A stretch of 35,776 nt of DNA from an uncultured Pseudomonadales bacterium (GTDB lineage: Bacteria > Patescibacteriota > Microgenomatia > UBA1400 > PJMF01), in contig CAZKNL010000003.1 of the NCBI GenBank assembly GCA_964554155.1, positions 1 to 35,776 on the forward strand, given 5' to 3'. The position numbers and the translations under genes are program-made. Of this stretch, positions 17,341 to 27,183 are shown piece after piece (the first letter of the stretch is position 1; each line of letters opens with the position of its first letter). The notes under the pieces were generated by a model. The model searched no databases, was not told where the DNA came from, and was given only the letters and a program-made list of their open reading frames with translations.

Positions 17341-20229
17341 ATGGTGAAAGACAAAGACCAAAAACCAGAAAATCAAGAACTCGACCTCGACCCAGAAATG
17401 GCTGAAGAAGCAGTAGAGTTGGCTGAGACTGAAGAAGGTGAAACCGTTGGCGAGGCCAGAATGTCTGGTGAGACCAATGTCGCAGTTGAGGCTGAAGGAC
17501 CAAGCATCAACTCGATCACCGAGGATCGATTCGGCAAAGTCAAACATATCTCAATCATTTCAGAAATGGAAAAGTCTTACTTAGACTATGCCATGAGTGT
17601 GATCGTGGCTCGGGCTTTACCAGATGTCCGTGATGGTTTGAAACCAGTTCACCGCCGGATTCTGTACTCGATGTACAAAAGCGGCATTCACCATACCAGT
17701 ACCTACAAGAAATGTGCTCGTATTGTTGGAGACGTTTTGGGACGTTACCACCCTCATGGTGATTCAGCTGTCTACTCTGCGTTGGTTCGTTTAGCACAGG
17801 ACTTCAGCATGCGCTACATGTTGATCGATGGCCAAGGCAACTTCGGCTCAGTTGATGGTGACAGCCCAGCTGCCATGCGGTACACCGAGGCACGGTTGGC
17901 CAAAATTTCCAAAGAGCTGCTGGCTGATATTGATAAGAAAACTGTGCCATTTGAAAACAACTTTGATGGCTCAATTCAAGAACCAACTGTGCTGCCAACT
18001 AGACTACCCAACTTACTCTTGATGGGATCTGAAGGTATTGCGGTGGGTATGGCCACCAAGATTCCGCCACATAACTTGATCGAAGTAGGTAAGGCTATCT
18101 TAGCTACCCTAGAACAAGGTAAATCGACAGTGGGCACGCCGGTTGTTTCTGAAGAAGATGTCAAGTCAATTAAAGCCAAGGGTAAACCAGGCGAAACTAT
18201 CGAGGAGTTTAATAAACAGATCGATACCGTTTTAACTGCAGAAGCTCGAGTCTTAGCAGGTGTTTTTACCAGTGAAATTGCGATTGACGAGATCATGACC
18301 TTTATCCAAGGTCCTGACTTCCCAACTGGTGGCATCATGTACGACTTCCAGGCAATCAAAGAAGGCTATCACACTGGTAAAGGCAAAATTGTGGTCCGAG
18401 CCAAAACTGAGATTGTTGAAGACAAAAAAGGCAACTTTAAAATCTTGGTCACCGAGCTGCCATACCAAGTGAATAAAGCCAGATTAATCATGAAAATTGC
18501 CGATCTTGTCCGTAGTAAAAAGATCGATGGTATTAAAGACTTAAATGATGACTCTGACCGTCAAGGAATGACAATTACGATTGAGCTGAAACGCGATGCT
18601 CGACCAAAAGTAGTGTTGAACTTGCTGTTTAAGAACACTGAACTACAAAGTAGCTTTCCAATGAACATGGTTGCGTTGAATAGTGAAGGTACACCCCAAC
18701 TGATGAACATCAAGAATGTCTTGATCGAGTACATCAACCACCGTCAATTGATCGTTGTTCGTCGTGCTCAGTTTGAACTATCAGAAGCTCGTGCTCGCGC
18801 GCATATTCTGGAAGGATTATTGATCGCGCTCGCGCATCTCGATGAAGTTATCGAAACCATTCGCAAATCCGCTGACACCGACACCGCCCGGGACGCTTTG
18901 ATGAAGAAGTTTGGTTTATCCGAACTGCAAGCTCTGGCTATCCTGGAAATGCAGCTAAAACGGCTGGCTGCTCTTGAGCGTCAGAAGATTGAAGATGAAT
19001 ACAAAACCATCAAAGAACTGATGGATAAATTACTAAAACTCTTAATTAATCCAAAAGCAGTCTTGAAACAGATTGCCACTGAAACTGAAGAAATGATCGA
19101 ACAGTATGGTGATGATCGCCGCACCAAGTTAATCAAAGGTAAGATCGGTGAGTTCAGTGAACAAGACTTAATCGCCAATGAAGCAACTGTCATCACCCTC
19201 ACCCAAACTGGTTACATCAAACGGTACAGTCCAAGCGCACTGCGTTCACAACAGCGTGGGGGCAAAGGTGCGATCGGCATCAAGACCAAGGAAGAAGATA
19301 TTGTTCACAGTATCCTGACGGTCAACACCCATGACAGTCTGTTACTTTTCACTAACCAAGGTCGCGTCTTTAAACTCAAAGCTTTTGAGATTCCAGAAAG
19401 TGGTCGCCAGGCAAAAGGCACTGCTTTAGTGAACTTACTGAACCTCAAAACTGGGGAAACCGCCCGCAGTATCTTGATCCTCGACGAAATTAACGACAAA
19501 GACTGCTTTATCACTCTGGCAACCAAGAAGGGTCTTGTTAAGAAAACCGCTGTTAAGATGTACAGCAACATTCGTCAAAACGGGATTATTGCCGTCTTGC
19601 TTAAAGATGGAGACGAGCTTGTCTGGGGGAAAGTCACCAGTGGCAAAGATGACTTAATGTTGATCAGTCATCAAGGTAAATCAATCCGCTTCAGTGAAAC
19701 CGAAGTCAAGAGCTCCAACCGTGACACTCAAGGCGTCAAAGGGATTGAGTTGAAAAAAGATGACTACGTAGTAGGTGTTGAGGTACTGAGCGCTGAATCC
19801 GAGACCCGCCAGCTACTTTTAATCACTGAGAATGGTTTGGGCAAACGAACTGATCTTTCCCAATACCCAATTCAAAAACGCGCTGGTCAGGGCGTCAAAG
19901 TTGCTGAGATCACCAAGAAAACTGGTGATGTGGTCGCCGCCATGATGGTGACTGAGTTACACACAGAAGTAGTAATTACTACTGAATCTGGACAAATGAT
20001 CAAGCTGCCATTGACTGCCTCGAGTATTCCAGTCTTAACTCGCCCAACTCAAGGCGTTATCCTGATGCGTCCCAAAGCAGGCGATAAGGTGGTCGCTGTT
20101 GCCTTAACCACTGAATCTGAGGAAGAAGAAGCTGCTTCAGAAGGGGCAGAGGGAGAAAAGAAGACAGACGGGAAAGAGAAGCCCACAGCAAAATCCCAAC
20201 CGGCTGTGACCGAAGAAACGCTTGAGTAA
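17341..20229 (+). CDS. gyrA: DNA gyrase subunit A
   Basis: [36 protein letters not shown], GyrA-box QQRGGKG, beta-pinwheel repeats, acidic tail. Confidence 0.97.
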   Translation: MVKDKDQKPENQELDLDPEMAEEAVELAETEEGETVGEARMSGETNVAVEAEGPSINSITEDRFGKVKHISIISEMEKSYLDYAMSVIVARALPDVRDGLKPVHRRILYSMYKSGIHHTSTYKKCARIVGDVLGRYHPHGDSAVYSALVRLAQDFSMRYMLIDGQGNFGSVDGDSPAAMRYTEARLAKISKELLADIDKKTVPFENNFDGSIQEPTVLPTRLPNLLLMGSEGIAVGMATKIPPHNLIEVGKAILATLEQGKSTVGTPVVSEEDVKSIKAKGKPGETIEEFNKQIDTVLTAEARVLAGVFTSEIAIDEIMTFIQGPDFPTGGIMYDFQAIKEGYHTGKGKIVVRAKTEIVEDKKGNFKILVTELPYQVNKARLIMKIADLVRSKKIDGIKDLNDDSDRQGMTITIELKRDARPKVVLNLLFKNTELQSSFPMNMVALNSEGTPQLMNIKNVLIEYINHRQLIVVRRAQFELSEARARAHILEGLLIALAHLDEVIETIRKSADTDTARDALMKKFGLSELQALAILEMQLKRLAALERQKIEDEYKTIKELMDKLLKLLINPKAVLKQIATETEEMIEQYGDDRRTKLIKGKIGEFSEQDLIANEATVITLTQTGYIKRYSPSALRSQQRGGKGAIGIKTKEEDIVHSILTVNTHDSLLLFTNQGRVFKLKAFEIPESGRQAKGTALVNLLNLKTGETARSILILDEINDKDCFITLATKKGLVKKTAVKMYSNIRQNGIIAVLLKDGDELVWGKVTSGKDDLMLISHQGKSIRFSETEVKSSNRDTQGVKGIELKKDDYVVGVEVLSAESETRQLLLITENGLGKRTDLSQYPIQKRAGQGVKVAEITKKTGDVVAAMMVTELHTEVVITTESGQMIKLPLTASSIPVLTRPTQGVILMRPKAGDKVVAVALTTESEEEEAASEGAEGEKKTDGKEKPTAKSQPAVTEETLE

Positions 20230-20316
20230 ATCTTGGGAACCTCAGAAGATCAAAAACAATCAAAGCGTATCTCTTACTCCTTGGTTTCCCACTGCTAATT
20301 TTTATAATCCTCGAAC

Positions 20317-20985
20317 ATGAACTTGCTGCTCGTCGAAGATCACCTCCTGACTGCTCAAACCGTCCGTCAAGTATTGGAACCAAAGTTCCAGGTCACTCAC
20401 GTGGATTCCTGCCAAGCAGCGTTTGACCAAGTTGCTCAGAAAAACTTTGAGGTGATAGTGGTCGATTTACATTTACCTGATGGGTCAGGCATGGAGCTCT
20501 GTCACTACTACCAAGAAGAAGCTGTTTCACCTCGAGTGATTATCTTGTCCGGGAAAGGTGACACCAAAACCAAAGTTGAGGCACTCCAAACTGGAGCTGA
20601 TGATTATCTGGTCAAACCGTTTGTGGCCAGTGAACTACAGGCTCGAGTCAGAGCGTTGTTACGACGATCAAAACACAAGCAACAGCAAACCTACCAGTTT
20701 GGCGACTTGATAATTTCCTTGAATAATCAAACTATTTTGTTGAAAAGTAGAACTGTCTCTTTAACTGGCAAAGAAACTGCTTTCCTTCAGTTCCTGCTTC
20801 GTTACCAAGCTCAGATTGTAGAAAGAAAACATCTCGAAGAAGTTATCTGGAACGGAGTAGAAAATCGAGCAGTCTTAGATACTTTGGTTAAAACGCTCCG
20901 CCAAAAACTCCAGTTACCCAGAAAAAATCGTTTTATTGAGACAGTTTATGGAGTAGGGTACCGCCTGAATCCTCAGTATGCCTAG
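20317..20985 (+). CDS. OmpR/PhoB-family response regulator
   Basis: LLVED, VVDLHLPDGSG, GADDYLVKPF, wHTH ending IETVYGVGYRL. Confidence 0.93.
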   Translation: MNLLLVEDHLLTAQTVRQVLEPKFQVTHVDSCQAAFDQVAQKNFEVIVVDLHLPDGSGMELCHYYQEEAVSPRVIILSGKGDTKTKVEALQTGADDYLVKPFVASELQARVRALLRRSKHKQQQTYQFGDLIISLNNQTILLKSRTVSLTGKETAFLQFLLRYQAQIVERKHLEEVIWNGVENRAVLDTLVKTLRQKLQLPRKNRFIETVYGVGYRLNPQYA

Positions 20986-21205
20986 AGATCTCAACCATTT
21001 GCACCACTCCCAACTCTCTGGACTGGTTCATGACCTAGCCGGCTCAATTACTGCCTTGAGCTTATGCTTGTCTGAGCTCGAGAAAAATCCGGCCAAGGAG
21101 GAGTTACTGTCTATTTGCCAAACTGCAGTGGAGCAGGCGAGAGGGATTATCAGCCAATTGCAAGATTTTGCCGCTGCAAACTTTGAAAAGGCTGTTCTAC
21201 GCTAG
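20978..21205 (+). CDS. Stand-alone HisKA/DHp-like small protein
   Basis: H-box-like SGLVHDLAGSITAL and second helix IISQLQDFA; overlaps the regulator stop. Confidence 0.65.
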   Translation: MPRDLNHLHHSQLSGLVHDLAGSITALSLCLSELEKNPAKEELLSICQTAVEQARGIISQLQDFAAANFEKAVLR

Positions 21206-21239
21206 CAGATCTTATAAATTTTTTAAAAGGGACTTTTTT

Positions 21240-21248
21240 TGCTATAAT
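21240..21248 (+). promoter_or_regulatory. Extended -10 element
   Basis: TGcTATAAT upstream of 21320. Confidence 0.5.
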
Positions 21249-21319
21249 AAAGTGTATCCGTTACTCACGATCCTCAGCACAGCGCTGAGGAAATCTTTCT
21301 CAAAGGAAGGAAAAAGAGC

Positions 21320-21526
21320 ATGAGCGGAGACAGACTTCGTGGACAGGGAGAGAGGCTGGCGTGGCGAAAAATGGCTGTGGGGTTTGGAGCTGGAGCGATC
21401 GCATTTTCTGTACTTACGATTTGCTTCATGGTTACATCCAAGCTTGATGGACTCAGCCTGTTGATTGCAGGAATCAGCTTTCTCATCTCTATCGGCGCGG
21501 GCAAGTTTTTATTCCTTAGAGAGTAA
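21320..21526 (+). CDS. Small two-TM hypothetical protein
   Basis: Two hydrophobic helices, AAGGA upstream, own promoter motif and terminator. Confidence 0.6.
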   Translation: MSGDRLRGQGERLAWRKMAVGFGAGAIAFSVLTICFMVTSKLDGLSLLIAGISFLISIGAGKFLFLRE

Positions 21527-21538
21527 TACCCGAGGCCG

Positions 21539-21571
21539 AAAAGCCTCCAACAGGTGTTGGAGGCTTTTTTT
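21539..21571 (+). terminator. Rho-independent terminator
   Basis: aaaagcctccaaca-gg-tgttggaggctttt with a T run. Confidence 0.85.
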
Positions 21572-21626
21572 GTTAAAAATGCCTATGATCAGGAGTTTTC
21601 TCTCGAGGTCTTTTTAGCCAATTAAC

Positions 21627-21635
21627 TGATATAAT
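21627..21635 (+). promoter_or_regulatory. Extended -10 element upstream of the receiver pair
   Basis: TGaTATAAT. Confidence 0.45.
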
Positions 21636-21731
21636 ATAGTCAATCTAGTGTTCTTACTGTCAAAACCCACCAACAGAATCATTTTTGTCTTGAAGCCTTA
21701 TCAATATAAATACTGGAGAAAGAGTTAACCG

Positions 21732-22187
21732 ATGTCAGAGTTCAAAGGTGCAGTCGTCTATGCAGATGATACATCTAGTAATAGATTTTTGATTGAAAGA
21801 TGGTTTAAATCTGTTTTTCCCAGATTACTTGAAACACGTATGGCTGAGGACGGCCAAGAAGCCTTAGCACTACTTCGTCAGGTTGTTAAAACATATCCTC
21901 ATAGAACCATCTTAATGTCAGATGTGCAGATGCCAATCATGGATGGCCTGGAACTGATTAGACGAGTCCGAGAGGATAAAAATCCGATCATTGCCCGAGT
22001 TCCCCTAGTAATGCATAGCTCTAAAAGTTTAGGAGAGGTGGGAGAAGCTATCAGAGCAGCACTGAGTGGCAAAGATGACTTCGAGTTCCTTGAGAAACCT
22101 TCCGAACTTGCAGTATTTGAAGCCATTCTTAGTCGAGTTCTTGCAAGATTGAACATACCAACTGGAGTAAACTCGCTACAAAAATAA
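21732..22187 (+). CDS. Single-domain response regulator (REC)
   Basis: YADD, MSDVQMPIMDG, MHSS, FLEKP. Confidence 0.88.
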   Translation: MSEFKGAVVYADDTSSNRFLIERWFKSVFPRLLETRMAEDGQEALALLRQVVKTYPHRTILMSDVQMPIMDGLELIRRVREDKNPIIARVPLVMHSSKSLGEVGEAIRAALSGKDDFEFLEKPSELAVFEAILSRVLARLNIPTGVNSLQK

Positions 22188-22204
22188 AAAGAAGGATCCG
22201 AGTT

Positions 22205-22639
22205 ATGACAGAGTCAGAGATTCAACCTGCAGTTCTGTATGTAGATGATGAGTTTTATCTTAGGGAGCTTTCTCAATTATTAATCATGAGTTATTTCCCT
22301 CAAGTCGTTTTTTACAGTGCTCCAGAGGGTCAGAGAGCTTTGAACTTATTACCCGAAGTTGTCAATAAACATTCTTTTCGCTTGGTTATTATGTCAGATG
22401 TGCAGATGCCAGGAATGAGTGGTCCTCAACTTGTCGAGCAGGTAAGAAGCTCAAAAGATCCAAGAATCGCTGAGGCCCGAATAATTATGCACACTTCTAT
22501 GGGGGGAAGTTTTGCGAGTGTACTCCAATTTCTACGAGATCAACTACAAGGCAGGACGGACTTTGAAGTTCTTCGAAAACCTTTTGATGAGACAGAATTC
22601 GTTGCTACAGTGACTCGAGCATTATCAGGATTAAGGTAA
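22205..22639 (+). CDS. Single-domain response regulator (REC), paralogue
   Basis: YVDD, MSDVQMPGMSG, MHTS, LRKPF. Confidence 0.88.
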   Translation: MTESEIQPAVLYVDDEFYLRELSQLLIMSYFPQVVFYSAPEGQRALNLLPEVVNKHSFRLVIMSDVQMPGMSGPQLVEQVRSSKDPRIAEARIIMHTSMGGSFASVLQFLRDQLQGRTDFEVLRKPFDETEFVATVTRALSGLR

Positions 22640-22682
22640 ACTTGAAGAAAAATCTTCTGTTATGGGAAACTTCAAACACTTG

Positions 22683-22756
22683 TGGACCTGAGGGGAATCG
22701 AACCCCTTACCTCTTCTATGCCATAGAAGCGCTCTAGCCAAGTGAGCTACAGGCCC
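22683..22756 (-). tRNA. tRNA-Ala(GGC); CCA not encoded
   Basis: GGGCCTGTAGCTCACTTGGCTAGAGCG-CTTCT-ATGGCAT-AGAAG-AGGTAAGGGGTTCGATTCCCCTCAGGTCCA; G3:U70 and A32-U38 present. Confidence 0.97.
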
Positions 22757-22765
22757 AGATGTGCC

Positions 22766-22852
22766 GGGTTTAAGAATTCATATTCTAAGCGTTCCCTACT
22801 TCATCTAAAATCTAAATTTTTCCCACCGCTTAAGATATGAATTCTTAAACCC
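22766..22852. repeat. 26-bp inverted repeat (24/26 match) with 35-bp spacer
   Basis: 22766..22791 gggtttaagaattcatattctaagcg versus 22827..22852 cgcttaagatatgaattcttaaaccc. Confidence 0.85.
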
Positions 22853-22968
22853 TTACGCAGGCGGGTATCAGCGGTAAATTTTACCATCTCCTCCTGGAAT
22901 TGCGAAGCGAGTCCCAGAGCAAGTAGTTAAGTTGTGGTACGCTATACGTACAAAAAGAGAGGACCTCA

Positions 22969-23754
22969 ATGACTAGCCCAAGCCCAACCCTCAAAAAACT
23001 GCCCAGCCTTTTCCTCCAAGCCGCCTTGATCGCTACAGCCACTGTTTTGGCCCTAGTAGTTGTCACGAAGTATGTCGCCCCAATTCCTTTGGCGATTACT
23101 GCTACCACCACCCAGAAGGCAGCTGCCTTTTCGGCAACCGGCCAAAGTGTGGTCACTACTGTGCCAGATAAAGTCGAAGTCTCCCTAGGCATTTCTCTTC
23201 GAGAAAATGATATCCAACAAGCCCAATCCCGAGCAAATGGGGTTGTTAACCAAATCAAATCTAACCTGCAGAACCTGGGAATCCCTAAGGATGATATCAA
23301 AACCCAGAATTACTCAATCTACCCCAACTACAATTACCAAACCGGTACCCCTCAAATTAATGGGTATATGGTTGATATTAGCCTAAATGTCAGCCTGACT
23401 GACTTCGAAAAGCTGAACAAAGTGGTAGATATGGCCACCCAAGCAGGCGCAAACCAAATTAGCGGCATTAAGTTCAAGCTGAGTGACGCTAAAGAACGGG
23501 AAGTCAGAGAGAAAGCTCGTGCTGAAGCAATCGAAGATGCAAAACAGAACGCTCAGCAATTAGCCCGACTGGCTGGGATGAAGTTGGGGAAGGTCATCAA
23601 TGTGACTGAGGAACCAAATCTGCCTTCATTCCCTGGTCCATACCTTGCTCAAGACCAAGTTGCCCGAGGTGGGAGTGGTGGACAACCTACTAATATCGTC
23701 CCTGGTTCAACAAGTTATACGTACAACGTCACAGTCAGTTACGAGACCTTGTAA
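22969..23754 (+). CDS. SIMPL (DUF541) domain protein
   Basis: N-terminal TM, ATGQSVVTTVPD, IKTQNYSIYP, AGANQISGI, ARAEAIEDAK...A...GMKLG, VTVSY. Confidence 0.9.
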   Translation: MTSPSPTLKKLPSLFLQAALIATATVLALVVVTKYVAPIPLAITATTTQKAAAFSATGQSVVTTVPDKVEVSLGISLRENDIQQAQSRANGVVNQIKSNLQNLGIPKDDIKTQNYSIYPNYNYQTGTPQINGYMVDISLNVSLTDFEKLNKVVDMATQAGANQISGIKFKLSDAKEREVREKARAEAIEDAKQNAQQLARLAGMKLGKVINVTEEPNLPSFPGPYLAQDQVARGGSGGQPTNIVPGSTSYTYNVTVSYETL

Positions 23755-24122
23755 TTTACTAAGTCAACGCACAAGTACTCCAAAAAAGATTGATAAATAG
23801 GATGAATTTTGTTTTTCTGGTATTTAGCAGTTAAACATGATGAATGCTAATTTCATCACTATAACGAACTGCATCATACATACTAAAAGGGTAGGGAAGA
23901 GAAGTTGATATCTCGCTTTGGTAGTTTTTTCTGCTCATATTTGTCAAAAAAGTTGATTTTCAGCAAAACTGTACACAAAAATACCTAATACATCCACGTC
24001 CTCTTTCATACGTGTGTTATATTGATCCATTTTGTTCCCCTCAACTTTTTATTCGGTAAGATATATCAATCCATTTTGAAATAGAACAAAAGATATCTAA
24101 AAGTATAATAATATCCTATAAC

Positions 24123-25079
24123 TCACTCTTCTTTTGGCTGTGAAAGGGTAGAGGAGTGGAACTTTTGATGGACTCTGCGGAGTTGTGGCTGAGTGACATG
24201 TGTATATATTTGAGTTGTTGCGATACTTTTATGACCAAGCATCTCTTGAACGTCACGCAAGCCTGCACCATTGAACAATAAATCCGTTGCAAAACTATGA
24301 CGTAAACCATGAGGAGTGATCTTGATGGGGAGTTTTGCTCGCCGGCAATATCGATCTACTAGGCGTTGAATACTTCGAGTAGTTAAACGCATTTCTTCTC
24401 CATCCGCCAAGAGATCTGGTTTCCGTTGGGAAAAGCGAATAAAGACTGGCCTCCAATTATCCTCTCGAGAAGAAAGCCATTTGTGCAACCATTCTGTCGC
24501 CCGATCACTTAAGAAAACTACTCGAGGATGGCGACCTTTCCCAATTACTCCAAACTCTTTTCGATCCAGATCAACTTGATCGCGGTTCAAACTCACCAAC
24601 TCACTTACCCGTAACCCAGTCGAGAACAGTACCTCTAGAATCGTGCGATCTCTCAATCCAATTTCTTTAGTCAGATCAGGCTGGGCAAAAAGTCTCTCCA
24701 GTTGCCCAAGATTTAAGAAACTCATCGAGTGAGACTCGGCTTTTGGCAAGTCGATTTTCTCAGGATGTAAGACTTGGAGGTCGTTTTTAATCAGCCACTT
24801 GAGCCATGATCGTAGAGCGATCATATGAAAGCTCTGAGTTTTTTTTGAAAGAGAACTCCCCTTTTGGTCAACTCGGTGAGCTAGAAAAAGACGGTATGAT
24901 CGCAATAAATCTTGGTCAAGATCCCTGATGTCGCTATGCCCTTGTTCTGCAAACCATTCTGTAAACCGACGCAGGTAATGACCATAGTTTCTAATGGTTA
25001 ACTGACTCAAGTTGCGCTCGACTTCTAAGTGTTCGAGAAAAGAGATGGTCGCTTGAGGTGCAGCAGTAGGTAAGGGCAT
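24123..25079 (-). CDS. Xer-family tyrosine recombinase (XerC/D-like)
   Basis: FLEHLEVERNLS..TIRNY, STGLRVSEL, GKG, TPHGLRHSFAT, LGHKSIATTQIYT; catalytic R-K-H-R-H-Y intact. Confidence 0.93.
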   Translation of the reverse strand: MPLPTAAPQATISFLEHLEVERNLSQLTIRNYGHYLRRFTEWFAEQGHSDIRDLDQDLLRSYRLFLAHRVDQKGSSLSKKTQSFHMIALRSWLKWLIKNDLQVLHPEKIDLPKAESHSMSFLNLGQLERLFAQPDLTKEIGLRDRTILEVLFSTGLRVSELVSLNRDQVDLDRKEFGVIGKGRHPRVVFLSDRATEWLHKWLSSREDNWRPVFIRFSQRKPDLLADGEEMRLTTRSIQRLVDRYCRRAKLPIKITPHGLRHSFATDLLFNGAGLRDVQEMLGHKSIATTQIYTHVTQPQLRRVHQKFHSSTLSQPKEE

Positions 25080-25812
25080 ACTTGAAATTAGCAGACACTC
25101 CAATTTACTGCTAAAAGGTTGCTGTGAAGATATAGCCTGAACAATCCACCTTTTTTAAGTCTTACATCAAGAAAATTTAGAACAAAAGAACAATGTGCCT
25201 ACACTATCTAGTTGGGCAGTAGTAATTTGTAGTTTTTCTACTGAAAATTGTGCGACATATAACAAATTTTGTAAAGTAGCAACAAAATAAGGTCAAAAAA
25301 TGCTTCAAAATTGAGCTCGTCAGACAATTTAAGTAGTCATTATCGTGCAGTTTTGACTACAACAGGGTCAATCATTGAGGTCCTTATAAAAATTAAGGGC
25401 AACTTTGAGTCATATCTGCATTCATTAGAACAAAAAGGGCTGATATATAAATCTTATTCTACTCACACCTCTTCAAAGCCTCAGAATCGGGTTTTCTGGC
25501 GTATTCGTCGGTAATCACCTTCATCTTGCCTGGGAACTTCCATAATTCTCTTCCTCAAATCCAACCGACTAGCCTCAAGACACTTTTGTATGAGAAGGTG
25601 GGGAAGTCAACGAAGAGTTGGAAGTTGAGTCCGTACAACATTAACTAACAATTGGTTGATCAGATACAAGTTAATTAAAGAATGAGCGTAGAAGAAAGGG
25701 GACAAAAATCTTTTACAAGTATCAATACATGCACATGTACAGAACAACTATAAATAAAAAGATAAACCAGAAAAAGCTACCAGGCGGAAACTTCACCTTT
25801 CCCTCATCTTCA

Positions 25813-25840
25813 ACTTCGCAAAAGTTATATTGTGCGACAT
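25813..25840. other. Candidate dif-like Xer recombination site
   Basis: ACTTCGCAAAA-GTTATA-TTGTGCGACAT has 11-6-11 geometry with inverted arms and lies about 730 bp from the recombinase start. Confidence 0.55.
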
Positions 25841-26415
25841 ATTTGATTTTAGATTGTAGACATGGCTTTTTACAGATCCTCTCCTCAGAAGAGAGTGGTT
25901 ACAAAGGGGTAAAATAGAATCCTTCACTGAGACACTTACTTTATTCTTTAAAAACAACTTTACTTAACCCTCTCTTATGGACCTAGATCCAGCGATATCT
26001 TCAGGTGTTGATCTGTTCTTTTTTATCTGGTACCAGATGTATTCGGGTTTTTCACGCTTTTCATTCTATCTTCCGCACTACACCTCTACTCGAGGAGTCA
26101 CTCTACGATAATTCCCGCAGGGATAATTTAAAAAAAGTATTGAAATATCAATTCTTTTAAGTATTTTTGAGTAAATTCCAGGCTAAAATAAAAAGTTTTC
26201 CACAATGTCGGAAAAAGTTATAGGCCTATAATTAGTCAGCTATTAAACATATCAAACTATATCATCCACTCTCTTCCCTGCCTGGAGACACCTATTTTGG
26301 CCATACCTCTACCCTTTTTTGCTTCTTTCACGGGGCATTGTTTCCGATTTATTTGCTCAAAAGCATTTACACTTTAAACTCTCAAGTGAGCTGTGAGTGT
26401 TTAAAGGAAAGAAAT

Positions 26416-27183
26416 CTACTTCCAGGGCAAAAGTACAAAAAACAGCACTGCTAAGAAAACCCCTACGCCTGAGTATTCCATCAAAGTGCTGTGAAATAAC
26501 CGATCTTGAAAGTAAGCTTGCAGAATTCCTAAAATGATATACAGAAAGGTCATTAAAAATAAGGCTATGTGCCAAACGGTCAGCGGCAAAAACGAAAAGA
26601 TCATTCCCAACTCAACCATAAAGAGAGTAAAAATAAGGGCTAAATGGACCACTTGGATGTCAATTTTCGGCTCCAATCGCACAGACCATAGGAAGAGAAA
26701 GATTAACGGGAAATGAACCAAACCAACAAACAAGCCGTTTAAGTAAAATGGTAAACGATGAGAAAAAATTGTGTTTAAGAAAAGTAGTGACGTTAATAGC
26801 GTGAACAATAGCCCTATGGCATGAGCCGCCCGTAAGAGTTGGATCGTTCTGCCTTTAGCGACTGAATAAATATTTGCCGTCAAGTAGAGAGCATACATTC
26901 CAATTCCAAAGAGTCCTAAGTCAAAAAACCGACTGGATAAACCTTCTGGTAACAGAAAATAAAATGAACCAACAGCACCAGCGTAAAAGGTTGGTAAAGG
27001 CAAAATTGTTAACCACTCTATTCGTTGCAGATCATCAGAAAGTGCCCATGCAGAAGCTAAATAGGTAAAGATAGAAAATACCAGTAAAAAAGGGTATCGC
27101 CAGTCTAAGGAAACGTACTGAATGCTCAAAAGTCCTAAACTTAATACAATAGCAACCAACACAAACTTCTCTCGGCGTCTCAT
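26416..27183 (-). CDS. Multi-pass membrane protein (possibly DUF5656-like)
   Basis: About 9 hydrophobic segments, TANIYSVAKGRTIQLLRAA loop; ATGA overlap with the yebC stop. Confidence 0.75.
   Translation of the reverse strand: MRRREKFVLVAIVLSLGLLSIQYVSLDWRYPFLLVFSIFTYLASAWALSDDLQRIEWLTILPLPTFYAGAVGSFYFLLPEGLSSRFFDLGLFGIGMYALYLTANIYSVAKGRTIQLLRAAHAIGLLFTLLTSLLFLNTIFSHRLPFYLNGLFVGLVHFPLIFLFLWSVRLEPKIDIQVVHLALIFTLFMVELGMIFSFLPLTVWHIALFLMTFLYIILGILQAYFQDRLFHSTLMEYSGVGVFLAVLFFVLLPWK

Noticed and set aside
18118-18270. Intein in GyrA
   Set aside because: Too short, no C/S...HN-C/S/T junctions, and not at the insertion site beside the catalytic Tyr.
21206-25103. Prophage or integrative island at tRNA-Ala using the tyrosine recombinase
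   Set aside because: No duplicated tRNA 3' end was seen, there are no phage or conjugation genes, and the recombinase looks like a housekeeping Xer.
25729-25917. 62-aa ORF in the non-coding tract
   Set aside because: No recognisable features, and it runs through the dif-like site; likely spurious.
25104-26415. oriC
   Set aside because: Only one DnaA-box-like 9-mer was noticed and no dnaA/dnaN is nearby; a dif/terminus reading fits better, though skew was not computed.
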